A model generated the notes under the pieces. It did no database searches. It had not been told where the DNA came from and worked only from the letters and a program-made list of their open reading frames with translations. The position numbers and the translations under genes are program-made. 64,000 nt of DNA from Lytechinus pictus (taxonomy: Eukaryota): positions 17,982,001 to 18,046,000 of the forward strand of contig NC_087251.1 of NCBI RefSeq assembly GCF_037042905.1, written 5' to 3'. Shown one piece after another: positions 10,130 to 22,868 of the stretch; the stretch's first letter is position 1, and every line of letters starts with the position of its first letter.

Positions 10130-13100
10130 TAATTGTTACATCAATGAAGATATATTTCTAGAAAGAATACTGAAGAGCAATTTTTTTAATATGTATTCTG
10201 TTCTTGATCCTTACTGCAGGTATCCGTTGCTCTTCTTTTTTGATGAATTCCTGCCTGCATTCTCTCGTCAATCAATCAAGATAGCGTGCTATTTCGCATT
10301 CCATTGGCCATGTCATAATCTACGCATGAACATGGACACTGAGTTAAAACTGGTAGCTTGCTCAATCCCGTACATCTCTTGACTGTCACCAGCTATCTAT
10401 TCCTAGAGGTTTTAAAGCTACTGTACCACAGCCAATTTGGACAGCACCATCTCAAGACATAAACTCCTGTACCTTGTAACACCAGGATGTAATAAATTGA
10501 CAGGTTTATTACTTATTTGCAAAGAAAATAATATTTTCTTAGTTGTTGGGGTGTTTCCACGCATTCCTGTATTTCAATAGTGATCTAATGACCATCTTGC
10601 TTTTAAAACCCAAATTCACAATATTTTTCTTGTTTGATAAAAGGTTAGGTACATGTTGGGTTAATAAGCAACAGTTGTATCATACTTAACTCAGTTTTGC
10701 CAAGAGATGGACTGACTTTAGGTCATTCTTATTATTCAAGTCTATTGTCTCACTTATCTTTTTTTAAATTAAGAATCAATGCTTAAATCCTCATGGTTTC
10801 AATTTTAACCCTATAGACTGGGCTATTTCAACGTCTAAGAAGACTGGGGGGGGGGGTTAAGACCTGTTTATTCATAAAATAGTCACTTGCCTTGGCATGT
10901 GCAGCTCCCTAATGTGTCAAATTTAAATCATATAATTTCATTTTGGTGAATTAATATCCTTTTACTTTCCAGCTTTTCGTAGGCACTTCGATACACTGAA
11001 ATGAGCACTATATAAATGCAAACTACCAGTAATATTATCAATTTAATATTACTATTATTATGATTGAATCATCCTTCTTTAGTGTCTTTCAGAAATATAT
11101 TTGACATTTTTTCCGAGTATCTTATCATTCATAGTGATAAATGTAGACAGTAAATTAAATTTTTGTGTCATATAAACGACTTTTGATCTAATTAAAAAAC
11201 AACAATGTACTGAATAAACTAATCTATCTACTATAAATGTACATACGTTTTGTTTATATATTGTATTCCAGGTGTGTTATCAGCAGAAAACATGATTTTT
11301 TTTTCTCTCTCTCTCCATGTGCCTGTGTTCAGTTATTACAGGAGGCAAAAAATAAATTAATATAAGAAATACTTTATTCACTTTCAGATTAAAATTGTGC
11401 CAAGGAAAGATTAAGGTTATGTGTAAGGCAGGGGTGGTAGTAATGTGAATGATATGTTGGGAAAGGTTGTGTATGAAGGAAGTAAACTGACTGCTTGTGC
11501 AAGAGGATACAATTAGAGAAAATTGCTGTAGTGGGTACTACAATGTTATTTACTATAAACTTTTAATTGGGAGAAAAGTTTTTTGGTATGTAAAGATACA
11601 TGATAATGTGCATGTGATGAAAGCAAATGAGAAGTGAAAGGAGGGAAGGTAGCTATATCACCGAGAGAATGACATGTGGGGTTAGCATATCATAAGACTT
11701 TGTTTAAATGTTAATTTTTATTGTAGGAATTGTAATCCCCTCAGAAATGATTTTATTTTTTTTCTTTAAAAGCAGGGGCATTTTGACCAAATATCCTGAA
11801 TTAAGCAATTGGTCTTCGGGAGGGGATGGAGGGAGGCAAAGTTATTACAAGGCAGGGGCTGCGGAACAGTTAATCACAATCGGTCAAGGCCCTCCCCCCC
11901 ACCCCGGATCCGCAGCCCCTGCAAGCTGGACACCAGGCTGATAATTTCAGAATTGACCATAATTAGCAATTATCTTTCAATCTAGGAGTACCTTGGACAT
12001 TTTGTCATAATTTCCCCCAATTTCAAATATATTTTTATGATCGGTGGAATACCGTTTTTACTCATCCAGGGTTAATAAGTCAACATTTTTCTGGCTAAAA
12101 TACTGTATTGCCTTTGAAAAAATGAATACATGCTCTTACGAATGTGCAAGCATGGTGTCTAACTTGGTTACCCCCCCCCCCCCCCCCCCCGCCAACTGGA
12201 GTAGCAATAACAGAAATAGGTTAGGGATAATGCAATTACGGTAACCAGTGAGTGCTCTTGGAGGAGCTTACCAATTAATATCTTGGCTCCTTCCAAAATT
12301 GTTAGCTCTGGCACAAATGTTGGAAGTTTTTGCTCGCGCACATCTTTTTAAAAATTAATTTTACCAGATACGCCATATCAAGCCCCCTTTAAATTTTTGG
12401 TTCATCCAGGACTTCATCGATCATGGGGTGCAGAAATTAAATGTTCCTCCCCCCCAAAAAAAAAATAGATAAAATCAATCGAAAATAAAAATGATAAAGA
12501 AAAAAATATAAACTAGTTAAGTAAATTATAAGAGGTAGACTATAAATAAAGGAATAAAAATAACGAAATAAACAAATTTAAAGAATTCTGTTTTTGAAGG
12601 TGAAAGATAATCAAATTTAAAAAAATAATAGAAAATGGAATTTCATACAAATACTGCTGCAACTTCCCCATTGATAAAAATATAACTTATTGGAAAAAAT
12701 ACAATTAATAGAACATAAAATTTTAAAAATATTACTTCAAATAGGAAAGTTTAAGAGAAAGAAATAAATGGCACTCGATAGTGGGGTCGAGGTCATGTTG
12801 CTTGCGCCGGCCCCAGCCCCTAACTCATAAATCTTTCACATGCATCTAAACGTCACATACAAGACCCCAATTTTTTTCAAGATTCAATTTTTAAGGATAG
12901 CCATGCATAGCAGCATGGCATTTCATTTTCAATCAAAACTCGATCCACCCACTTTGACAAGGTAGGTAGGCTTCGTAAACAGAATCAGATCGATGATGTA
13001 TTTCACACAATGTGCTCTATAAATGGCAAGTTTTTTAGTTGCATTTTCCGTACTCAGTACTACGATATGTGCTCGATTTGGACTAAGGTTAGATCTAACC

Positions 13101-13490
13101 TATAGTCTATACATACCTAACAAAAGGTTAAAATTAGAGTAGGCCCCTACAGCTTTTTTCGCATTTAAGGTACCACTCTGTAGAACAGTGCAGTCTTGGT
13201 CCTCACGATGCGTAGCCCAGGGGGCTCCGGCCGGAGCTCCATGGGTTACGCGATACGTTGCCCGGAACGGTGCAGGCAGGGGCAGCGCTCGCAGGCGGCG
13301 TGCCGTCGGCGGTAAATATATACCTACGTTGGCCCAAGTTAATTAACAAATTAATGACAATGTTCGCTGTCAATACCATCTCGCAAAGAAATTCAAGTGC
13401 ATGTTGCTGATACATGATTTTTTATTGGTTGAGTCCTGCTTCATAACCCCTGCGATGGCGACGTTTTCATGTCCCTAGCAGACTAAACTC
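10130..13490 (-). pseudogene. Remnant of the Harbinger Myb/SANT (trihelix) DNA-binding accessory gene
   Basis: Minus strand ~13325-13490 gives frameshifted pieces GHENV..., KIMYQQHALE, DGIDSEHCH, NLGQR, resembling the Myb_DNA-bind_4 pattern. A charged coiled-coil-like piece (EFIKKEEQR) lies at ~10220. The gene is convergent with the transposase, as in many Harbingers. Confidence 0.45.
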
Positions 13491-14260
13491 TCAATACGGC
13501 GCTGAGCATGCTCAGTACTGCTTTATTACACTGAGCATGCTCAGTACAGTGCTAAATAGAGCGCTAACTTCAGTCATCGATCGTGGTAGATTTAGCCCCC
13601 CGTGCTAAATATTTAGCACCCCGTGCTAAATATTTAGCCCGATGGGCTAAGTTAGCCGGGGGTGCTAACTAGCCCACGCTTTGAGAAATGCTCGGTGGGC
13701 TAAATTAGCCCACGGGGGATAGTTAGCCCAGTGGGCTAAGTTAGCACGGGCTAAGTTAGCCACCCTTTGAGAATTCGGGCCATAGGGGCCAATAACGGAC
13801 TTTCCATAATCTTATCTTTTATAGGTACAATGAAATTATCTTCATTTGTAATGTCTGTGATGGGTTTGTGACCTATAGGCCTTCTCTATAATTCAATTAG
13901 CTATGTTACTGCATATGTTTTCATTCATCATCTCAAGTTAGCACAAATTAATCCAACAACTAATTTTCATTGATTAAAATTAATCTCAGCTAAACGATAT
14001 AAAAAATAAATAAATGATTTAGCATTTTTTAGTAACATCTTAGTTTTGTATCGTTTTTTTTTTTGCCGAACGTTATAAACACGATTTTTTTCCATACATA
14101 ATATTTTTTTTCATGTTGATTTTCTAATGAGAAAGCATGAGGGGTCAGAGAGATTGCCGCCCATTTCGATATTTCAAGTTTAATTGACAAAAAAAATATA
14201 AAAAATGGGTGGGGAAAAGACGGAGGGAGAATAAAAGAAAACATATACTAAAAATTATTT

Positions 14261-14656
14261 GGGCCTGTTACCCGGAGAAGTTAAAATGACTTCCGCTTTT
14301 GGTCGTCTTGCCGTGCAAGACGACCTGACCTGAAATTGATGACAACTAGCCCCCATATATAGCAAATAACTTGGCGCCATCCCAGATAAAATGCATCAGA
14401 CTGCAATCGAATGGAATGACCCCCAAATATGTTGAAAGGTGATATGTCAGTGTGGCTTGCCGTAAACGCATTTTCTCTCAATGCCGACGGCGGCGGGCGG
14501 TGTGCAAAGAAGATCATGCCTACGTACGACATGTCTGGAGGTGTCTTTCCAAGGACCATTCTTCGTATCGCCCAAATCGGCTTTGTGAAACAGTTGAGCG
14601 ATATCTCGTTCTTGCGTAGAACGGTTCTACGAAAGACCCTTTCATGCAACAGGCCC
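14261..14656. mobile_element. Short Harbinger-like deletion derivative
   Basis: Termini GGGCCTGTTAC / GCAACAGGCCC. The GC-richer interior on the minus strand is reminiscent of a transposase N-terminus. Confidence 0.4.
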
Positions 14657-14734
14657 TTGTTCATACCATGATACGACCGGGAATGTGTTGGCTCTTGCCC
14701 CCTCCCCTGGCTACCGACCCCTGTTACGCCCCTG

Positions 14735-16780
14735 TTCGTTAATCCGAAAATGAAATGTGGTTCGTTGTTCCGGAGGTTCGTTAATCCGAAAAATGAAATT
14801 ATCGGTGGCAAAGCCGGGAAAACCGGAAGGGTAAGCGTAGTGGAGGGAAGGGGGGGGGGGAACACCGTTGCTTTTCTATATTGTTATGAGGATGGGGAGG
14901 CAAAAAGAAGGGCGGCGGAACGAATTTTTGTTTGGGGGGCAAAGCCAAAAATTGCACCCTGTCAAAATGGGCATTTTGGTGATATTTTCACAATGAGATT
15001 ATCATTCAGATTCAGATTTAGATTTTTTTGTCCAATTGCATTCGAGTACAAATGGAAATTCAATTTGTTCGCACAAAATAATTCAGAATATCACATGATA
15101 CACACATAAGATTACACGATACATATAGTAAACATTATACAAATCATTATATTATATTATACAAATCATATGCTTGAAGTCATTGTGTGTTTTATAGTAA
15201 TTAAGTAGGGCAATAAAAACCTTTTTGAAGTGATTTCTGATTATGGTTAGATATATTCAGGTTTCATTTTGGCGAGAGAGTATAACGAGCGAGCGGTTTG
15301 GGAAAAGTTCAAAGCTGAAGTTGTAAAACTCGTTTTTTGTCAATTACTGTTAAAAGGTCATCCTCGGGAGGTATTGCGAGCGTGGATAGCAAGCTCAAAC
15401 TTTTAGACATTTCAATAAGAAATGAAAATAAACATTCTGAGCAGTTTTTGCAATCATTAAAAGATGAAGAATTAATACGAGCGCGAAGTGCGAGCTGAAA
15501 TATACTTACCAGGCATTTGGTGACTCATGCATAGGATACATCGAATAATGCGAGTGCGAAGCTAGCTCATCATGCTCATGTTCATTGCACTATACCTGCA
15601 AATATCTATTTTATCATTCATTATCCAGTTTAAACATAAATATATGAACATGATACAAAGGTACAAGGACCCAACTTAACATGTTTACAATAATTACAAC
15701 TTAAAAAAAAAAATACTGAACATCGAACAAAGAAAATATAAATGCATTCAACGAGAAAACTACTATTAACCAAATATAAGAGCAGAATTATTATCATAAA
15801 AGTTATCAAATCAAATATCGCTAGGGGAGTGTTGATGCTTTTTGAAATTGTTTTGTAAAAGTTCAAAATGTCTACTAATAGATCCATTCTTGATTAAATG
15901 TTTACCTCTTTTAAACCTTTGAAAAATCGCTCAGAGCGGGGGGGTGATTGTTTCGACCTCAAACACCCCTTCTTTTGCTAGGGCGGGACAAAAAAAGCCA
16001 TCCACAGCCATCGTAGTCAGCTTTTCGGAATGGGGGGGGGCACACTTTTTTCACATTAAATGTATATATGTATACATGTAATATACACATTTACTTATAC
16101 AGATTGAGCTTTCGCCAATAGGGGGGGGGGGCAATCACATTTTCCCCGATCGCTTGTTCAAAGCTGATTTTTTTTTTATGAAAGGGTTGTCCGAACAGTG
16201 ACTTCTTAGCTTTATTTTTATAAACAAGATAAATGAATCTCACAATCCCTGATTGAATAATGCGAACGCGAGGAGCGAGCTAAAAGTATAACAAAATTCA
16301 GGAACTCTGTCCAAAAACTTTAACATTCTGAGCAATGTTTGTGATTATGAACAAGACGCGTATGGAACTAACTATAATCATACTTCGAGCGCGAAGTGCG
16401 AGCTGAAATTTTTGATAAACTGTTATAAAGAGGAATTTCAATGTAGTTTTTTAGAACTCATATAGAAGTAGGCCTATACATACTAATGAAAATGCGAGCA
16501 CGCAGCACCAGCTGATAAGTTTTGACGATCTGACCTGAAAGGGAATATTTTGAGAACTTCATGGAATCATGAATAAGTACTTCAAACGAACCTATTTCAT
16601 TTTAGGATTATAACGAACCTTATTTCGTTTTCGGACTAACGAACCTTCGGATAAACGAACCTCATTTCGTTTTCGGACTAACGAACCTTCGGAATTACGA
16701 ACCTTATTTCGTTTTCGGACTAACTCACCTTCGGAATTACGAACCCTCGGAATAACGAAGCGTCGGAATTACGAATGTAT
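14735..16780. mobile_element. Composite repeat with inverted arrays of TTCCGAAGGTTCG / CGAACCTTCGGAA subrepeats at its ends
   Basis: The subrepeat arrays at ~14735-14800 and ~16585-16778 are in opposite orientation. The interior matches 29270 onward (ATGAGGATGGGGAGGCAAAA...). Confidence 0.7.
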
Positions 16781-16799
16781 GCGATATTGAACAAGGTTT

Positions 16800-17271
16800 G
16801 CTGTCTCATAGTTTGGATTGCAATTCATTTATTGATTCCTTGTCAAATCTTGAAAATGGAAATATTCTATAATTTATTTAGTAACATTTTTTAAAATGTG
16901 AGTGTGCTAAATATCATTTTCATAGCACCCAAGCTGTGCATATTTCTGGTAAACTTTGTGAAATACACTATACAGTCTGGTTTTCTATCCCCTTTCCTTT
17001 CGAGGCCTCCATCACTTTCAAGCTCCAAGCTTAAGATGGAGGTCTCCCACATTTCCATATATATATATGTTCAGTAATTAAAGAAAATGTATATATAGAT
17101 ATAATTTTCACAGTACAGTTGATATTTTATAATGATTTATGTACATTATTCATTATGTTTAAAAAAATATTTGCCTATTATGTAATATTGAAAAACAAAA
17201 ACTATTATACTTGTATATACTTTGTTTTTTGTTTTGAAATGTGGAAATAAGATAAATCAAATCAAATCAAA
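16800..17271 (+). mobile_element. 3' end fragment of a CR1/L2-type LINE
   Basis: Hairpin GAGGCCTCCATC...GATGGAGGTCTC in an AT-rich 3' UTR ending in an (AAATC)n tail. Confidence 0.5.
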
Positions 17272-17698
17272 ACTAGTGAAACTTCAGAATTTCATAACGT
17301 CAGCGATACTGGAATATATATCCATTCACTTGTGGTTTAGCTAAATATCAATCGATCGATAGAGGCCTGTTGCTGCCTTAACATGCCGTATACATGCCTG
17401 GATCCTACGGTATATATACATGCATGAAAAAAAGAGGATTGATCCGGGAGGCAACTAACAAAGAACTAACATAATGCACTAGACAAATTAACCTAGGGGG
17501 AGGCAAAATAACATAACGGGGGTGGGGGGGGGGGCAACACTATTTTTTGTTTTTTGCATTGCCTATTTCACAAAATGAGTGAGAGAAGATTACTTTTACT
17601 GGTGTAGTGTTTTCATTAATCACTTGCTGGATATGATCTATTATACTCGTGTACTGGCTGTATATGAGCTCCGGAACATTTTACCCCTATATTATACC

Positions 17699-17732
17699 CA
17701 CTGAACTGGAAATACGTATTTCCAGTTCAGTG
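17699..17732. mobile_element. 34-bp perfect palindrome flanked by an 8-bp TSD (minimal MITE or TIR-only remnant)
   Basis: CACTGAACTGGAAATAC|GTATTTCCAGTTCAGTG with ATTATACC at 17691-17698 and 17733-17740. Confidence 0.85.
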
Positions 17733-18555
17733 ATTATACCCCCCCACCCCCTGGCTCTACACATGCACCTATAACGGACGGACACTAATAACATACTGCT
17801 TTTTATACGGTAGCGCCTACATTTTTTACCCGGCCCGGGCGCCTATGTGAGACAGGGAGTGCATAGGCGGATCCAGCTTTTGGCGAAAGGGGGGGGGGGG
17901 CGCACTGCCGAGCGGCGCACATATTTTTGCACTTCACCGGCGCCATAAAAGAAAATGTTGAAAAAGGGGTAAAGTCTGACCCTGTCAAATGCTCTTTTCA
18001 AAATGTAGGATTTCCAGTCATGCCATTTTGCATGACCACACGCAGATAATATTTCCGGGGGGGGGGGGGGGCAAGACTCGAACAAATTTATGAAAAAAAA
18101 ATAAAAACGATAGAGTAAACGGACCGAGCTGCTCAATGGGGCGATTATTTTTTTACAAGTGTAATAAAAGTATTTGGTGCTCATCTCACATTTGCACATT
18201 TTTCATAGTTTTCATGAAATCTTAAGGAATTTTTTTTTTCACAACAGCTGATCGCAAATTTGCCCCCCCCCCCTTCCCCTTGCTGCGTACGACCATTCCC
18301 TGAAGTCCACTTAAACATATCTCATTATACCAGAAAATATATATCAATTTAAACATATAATCTTTCTAAAACATAAATAGAGAGAGATTGAAAAACTTAT
18401 TAAAGAAAGAAACAAGCAAAAAGTAACACAAAATTATGCATGTTATGTGCGATTTCAAAATCTCGTGTATTAACCCTTTTATTGCGATGAGGCCAATACT
18501 TTTGTATAATAATAGAGATACAAGTTTTTTTTTACTATATGTATATATATATACA

Positions 18556-19427
18556 CAGGGGCGTCGATCCTTTTTTTTTCAGATTTGGGGGGTAAAATCA
18601 TGAATCAACTTTCCAAAGGCGCTCGATATCACACAAAACAAACAAACTCACAAACACACACACACATATGCATATATATATATATATATATATTTATATG
18701 ACTCATGAGATAGAGACACATATCTCACCAACAAATTAATGCGAGCGCGAAGAGCGAGCTGAAATTTTTAAGTATACTGACCTGAAAACAGGAAAAAGGT
18801 GCCTGTTTAGGACTGTTTGTAGTAACTCATTAAGATGATACATATCTCACTACACAGATAATGCGAGTGCCGAGGGCGAGCTGAAATTTCTTTATATTCT
18901 GACCAGAAAGCTTGATATTCTATGCATTTTTGGTACCAATGATTAAGATGGGTATCTAAAGAAAAACAATAGATGTTCGCGCGAGCGTAAAATTTTGATA
19001 TTTCGATCTGAAATAAAATGACGGTTTAATGGACGTTTGTAATAAAGAACAAGATTATATCCAACAAAAGATTATTGCAAATCGAAGCGGGAGTTCTTTT
19101 GACGTTTAGAACTGAAAACGGGACATTCTATTCACCTATTTAATCATGAAAAATATGGGGTTTTGCTACAGAAATGATGCGAGCGCGAAGCGCGAGCTGA
19201 AAATCTTTATACTCCAATCTGAGAAGCGGACAATTTGAGCACGATTTTAAATGAAAAACGAGTGGTGTAGCTCAATCTCGCTTGCTGATTTCTGTGTATA
19301 ATTACCATCTTATTTTATTTTTGCACATGCGGAATTATTGGGGGGGGGGGGGCAAAACGATATGATTGCTCCCCAAATATTTTCATTGGTGGGGCGATCG
19401 CCCCCCCCCCCAGGATCGACGCCTCTG
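18556..19427. mobile_element. hAT-like MITE
   Basis: TIR CAGGGGCGTCGATCC / GGATCGACGCCTCTG. Exact 8-bp TSD TATATACA. Internal ~110-bp repeats carry GCGAGCGCGAAGCGCGAGCTGAAA. Confidence 0.9.
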
Positions 19428-20226
19428 TATATACAATGATACTCCATCATGAATCATTCGGAATACATCACCAATCCAGGTTTATATAATTATCATTCAA
19501 TTTTCATGTACATGATGTATAGGCCTATATACAGAATTTGGTATATATTGTGATGCTTTTCACTAAATCTAATGCAATTTGTAATGATGAGTAATTTTTA
19601 TCGAACTATTTTGATGAAACTGAATAAGATGCTTATGACCTGAATTCAGAAAGAGATCTTTCAAGACAGAGCTTTGGAAATAGTTCTCCAGTTTTACAGG
19701 TATCGTTAGCTTTGTTTTTAACTTCTTCCTGAGTGATCAGATGAATAATATTTAACTTAATGGAAGATGAAAATAAATCAAATTTTGTGGCGTAAACATT
19801 TAAACGTTGAAACAAAGGTACTGACAAACTGTATTTATACATTGAAAATGATATTTAGTGGTTTAAATATACGTCTGGTTGCGTAATTATACACTCCCGG
19901 TACTTTTAGCAACGGGTTTTAGCAAAGTTTTGGACTAAAATATCGAATCATCTTCATAAAACACTATAGTAGCTGTCTTACACTAAAGGCCATAGAGGTG
20001 GCACAATGTGGAATGTGTAAAGAAGAAAAGTGACTGATCTTTTTTTTATTAAGCATTGGAAAATAAGATCAAAATTAAAGGATTTGCTCTACGCTTTTGT
20101 ATGATTCTGGGATTTTTTAATACGTTAAAGATTTCATGACATCTGTGGGCAACTGCCCCGCCCCAGTCCACTCTGTAAGGGCATGCGATAAGCTTTGTTA
20201 TGACCATTCAACAATAAAATGTATAA

Positions 20227-21378
20227 CCAGGTGCCGCTGATCATTCTTGACCGGCGCCGATCTAGATTTGGTTGGCAATAGGCCCTTCTTCATTATTCTA
20301 CCGGCGCCTATTTATTGGAACCAGGGGACGCTGATTATTATTGACCGGCGCCGATTTAGAACAAGTAGTGCTGATTATTTTTACCGACGTCACGTAAGAT
20401 TCAGGCAGCGGCAATTCACAATCGACTGGCGCCGATTTTTAACCAGGTGGTGCTGATTATTCTTGTCCGGCGCCGATTTAGATTTAGGTGGAGCTGATTA
20501 TTCTTGATCGGCGCCGGTTAAGACTCAGGCAGCGCCGATATATAATCAGATGGCGCTGATTATTCTTGACCAAGCCCGATTTAGATATAGGTGGCGCTGA
20601 TTATCCTTGATCGGCGCCGGTTACGAACTCAGGCAGCGCCGATTTTTCTTTACCGGCGCCTATTTAGATTTAGGTGGAGCTATTCTTGATCGGCGCCTGT
20701 TAAGACTCTGGCAGCGCCGATTTATAACCAGATGGCGCTGATTATTCTTGTCCGGCCCCGATTTAGATGGCGCTGATTATTCTTAATCAGCGCCGATTAA
20801 GAACTCAGGCAGCGCCGATTTTTCTTTACCGGCGCCGATTTGACCAGATGGCGCCGATTATTCTTGCCCGGCGCCGATTTAGATTTAGGTGGAGCTGAGA
20901 TCTTGATCGGCGCCGGTTAAGACTCTGGCAGCGCCGATTTATAACCAGATGGCGCTGATTATTCTTGTCCGACCCCAATTAAGATTTAGGTGGCGCTGAT
21001 TATCCTTAATCGGCGACGGTTAAGAACTCAGGCAGCGTCGATTTTTCTTGACTGGCGCCGATTTATAACCAAATGGCGCTGGTAATTCTTTTTTGGCGCC
21101 AGTTATATGCATGCAGCGCACTGCTGATTATTTTTAACAGGCGAAGTTGTTGGGAAAAGGGTAGTTAAAAGAAAAGATAAGGAAGATGATATGATTGTGC
21201 TTTGCTGGGGGATAGTCTTTCCTTTACTGTTGCTAATATTAAATCAGTGTATAATTTTTTAAGCGGCGCCTTTCTTTTCTTTCCTTTATTTTCATTTTTT
21301 CAAGTATCGCCTTTTCTTTCTTTTACTTATCTTCTTTTTTTTTTTTTGAGCGGCGCCACCCCCCTGGATCCGCCACTG
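20227..21378. repeat. GGCGCC-rich minisatellite (~38-bp units, higher-order ~185-216 bp) ending in a hAT-MITE-like terminus
   Basis: Repeated GGCGCCGATTTAGATTTAGGTGGCGCTGATTATTCTTGA variants from 20227 to ~21140. The region ends with CCCCCCTGGATCCGCCACTG at 21378. Confidence 0.85.
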
Positions 21379-21662
21379 GAGTGTTTGTTTACAGGTGCAG
21401 TATACACGTACCTATATCTTCAGTATCGAGGGGAAAAAAACGAGCATGAAGTACGTGCATGTATGCCCAGTTCGTCTACGTTTACGTAATCGAGTTGGCC
21501 GATTAATTTGAATCAACATGGACCTATTACAAAGTCCATGGAATCAATAACAAGTATATACACGCAATGATCAGCCTACATGATAAATAATTATTCGGGA
21601 GTCTTATTGTACAGAATCATGGAACCTAGATGGAGGTAAAACATATCTGTTGAATAGGTTAA

Positions 21663-22266
21663 AGGACAAGTCCACCCCAACAAAAAGTTGAATTGAAAAA
21701 AAGGAGAAAAGTCCAACAAGCAAAACACTGAAAATTTCCTCAAAATCGGTTGTAAAATAAGAAAGTTATGACATTTTAAAGTTTCGCTTAATTTCACAAA
21801 ACAGTTATATGCACATCCTGGTCGGTATGCAAATTGGCAGACTGATGACGTCACCCACTCACTATTTCTTTTGTATTTTATTATATGAAATATGAAATAT
21901 TGTAAATTTCTCCTCCTTTTCAAGTGAAACAAAGTTTTATTTCTCCCTGAACATGTGGAATTACCATTATTGTTATAGTTTATGGTTAAGTTAAGTTGGT
22001 CCAGATTGTCAAATCTGTAAAAATTGAAATATTGTGTTATTCAAACAATAGAAAACAAAAGAAATAGTGAGTGATGGACATCATCGACTCTCTCATTTGC
22101 TTATCGCTGAGTTGTGCATTTAACTGTTTTGTGAAAAATAAGCAAAACTTAAAAATGTCATAACTTTCTTATTTTACATCCGATTTTAATGAAATTTGCA
22201 GCGTTATTTTTGTTTGATTTTTCTCTATCGATTCAAATCAAAAATTTTCTGGGGTGGACTTGACCT
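21663..22266. mobile_element. TTAA-specific Kolobok-like MITE
   Basis: TTAA|AGGACAAGTCCACCCC... / ...GGGGTGGACTTGACCTTAA with long imperfect TIRs. Confidence 0.85.
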
Positions 22267-22868
22267 TAACGGAAATAGATTATAGCCTATTGTCCTGTAC
22301 CACGAGTACACAGCCTATATAAATTTGATATTTACGGTCGGTGTGTACAAGCTTGGGTCATGCACCGTCTGCTCGCCGTCTGCTCGTCAAGGATAACAAT
22401 TAGCACAATAGAGCAATGTGTTCCCCAGTATATAGTTACGAATGCTATAGACGTATGGCTGAAGGTCAACCATAATCATCTTATAGGCCTTCTTGTTGAT
22501 ATTGAGCCTTACCACTGAGGAAAACTATTGATGTTGACCGTATTGGCTTCACGTTTGACAGAACCGTTGGAATGTTGGATCATATAAACTCAGATGGTGT
22601 TGTCATGAAGTTTTTGTCCGCATTAACAGCTTCATAGTTCATAAGCATCCTTTACTGTTTACTGGGTATGATTAATAAGCAGTTCTATTCACATGCACTT
22701 TCTTTTACTGGAGTACTTTCTATAATTCCTCCAAAGGCCATCGGATGGAGCCTGTTTCGACCGTGTTCTGGAAAAGTAACTTCGCATCTGGTGCATCTTT
22801 GAAGTGGATGCATAGATATTCATTCGAAGCTTGGTTCTATTAAATTCGGCATAGTAGGTATTATTTTA

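Larger units (their letters stand above)
1200..13781. mobile_element. Decayed PIF/Harbinger DNA transposon, expanded by nested insertions
   Basis: TIR GGCCCGAATTCTCGAAGGGTGGCTAACTTAGCCC at 1200 matches the inverted GGGCTAAGTTAGCCACCCTTTGAGAATTCGGGCC ending at 13781. Arrays of TTAGCCC/GGGCTAA subterminal motifs occur at both ends. Convergent transposase and Myb-like remnants lie inside. The flanking trinucleotides are imperfect (TAA vs TAG). Confidence 0.85.

Noticed and set aside
14281..15109. Protein-coding ORFs of 80-194 aa
   Set aside because: They run across junctions of unrelated repeats and show no coherent domain.
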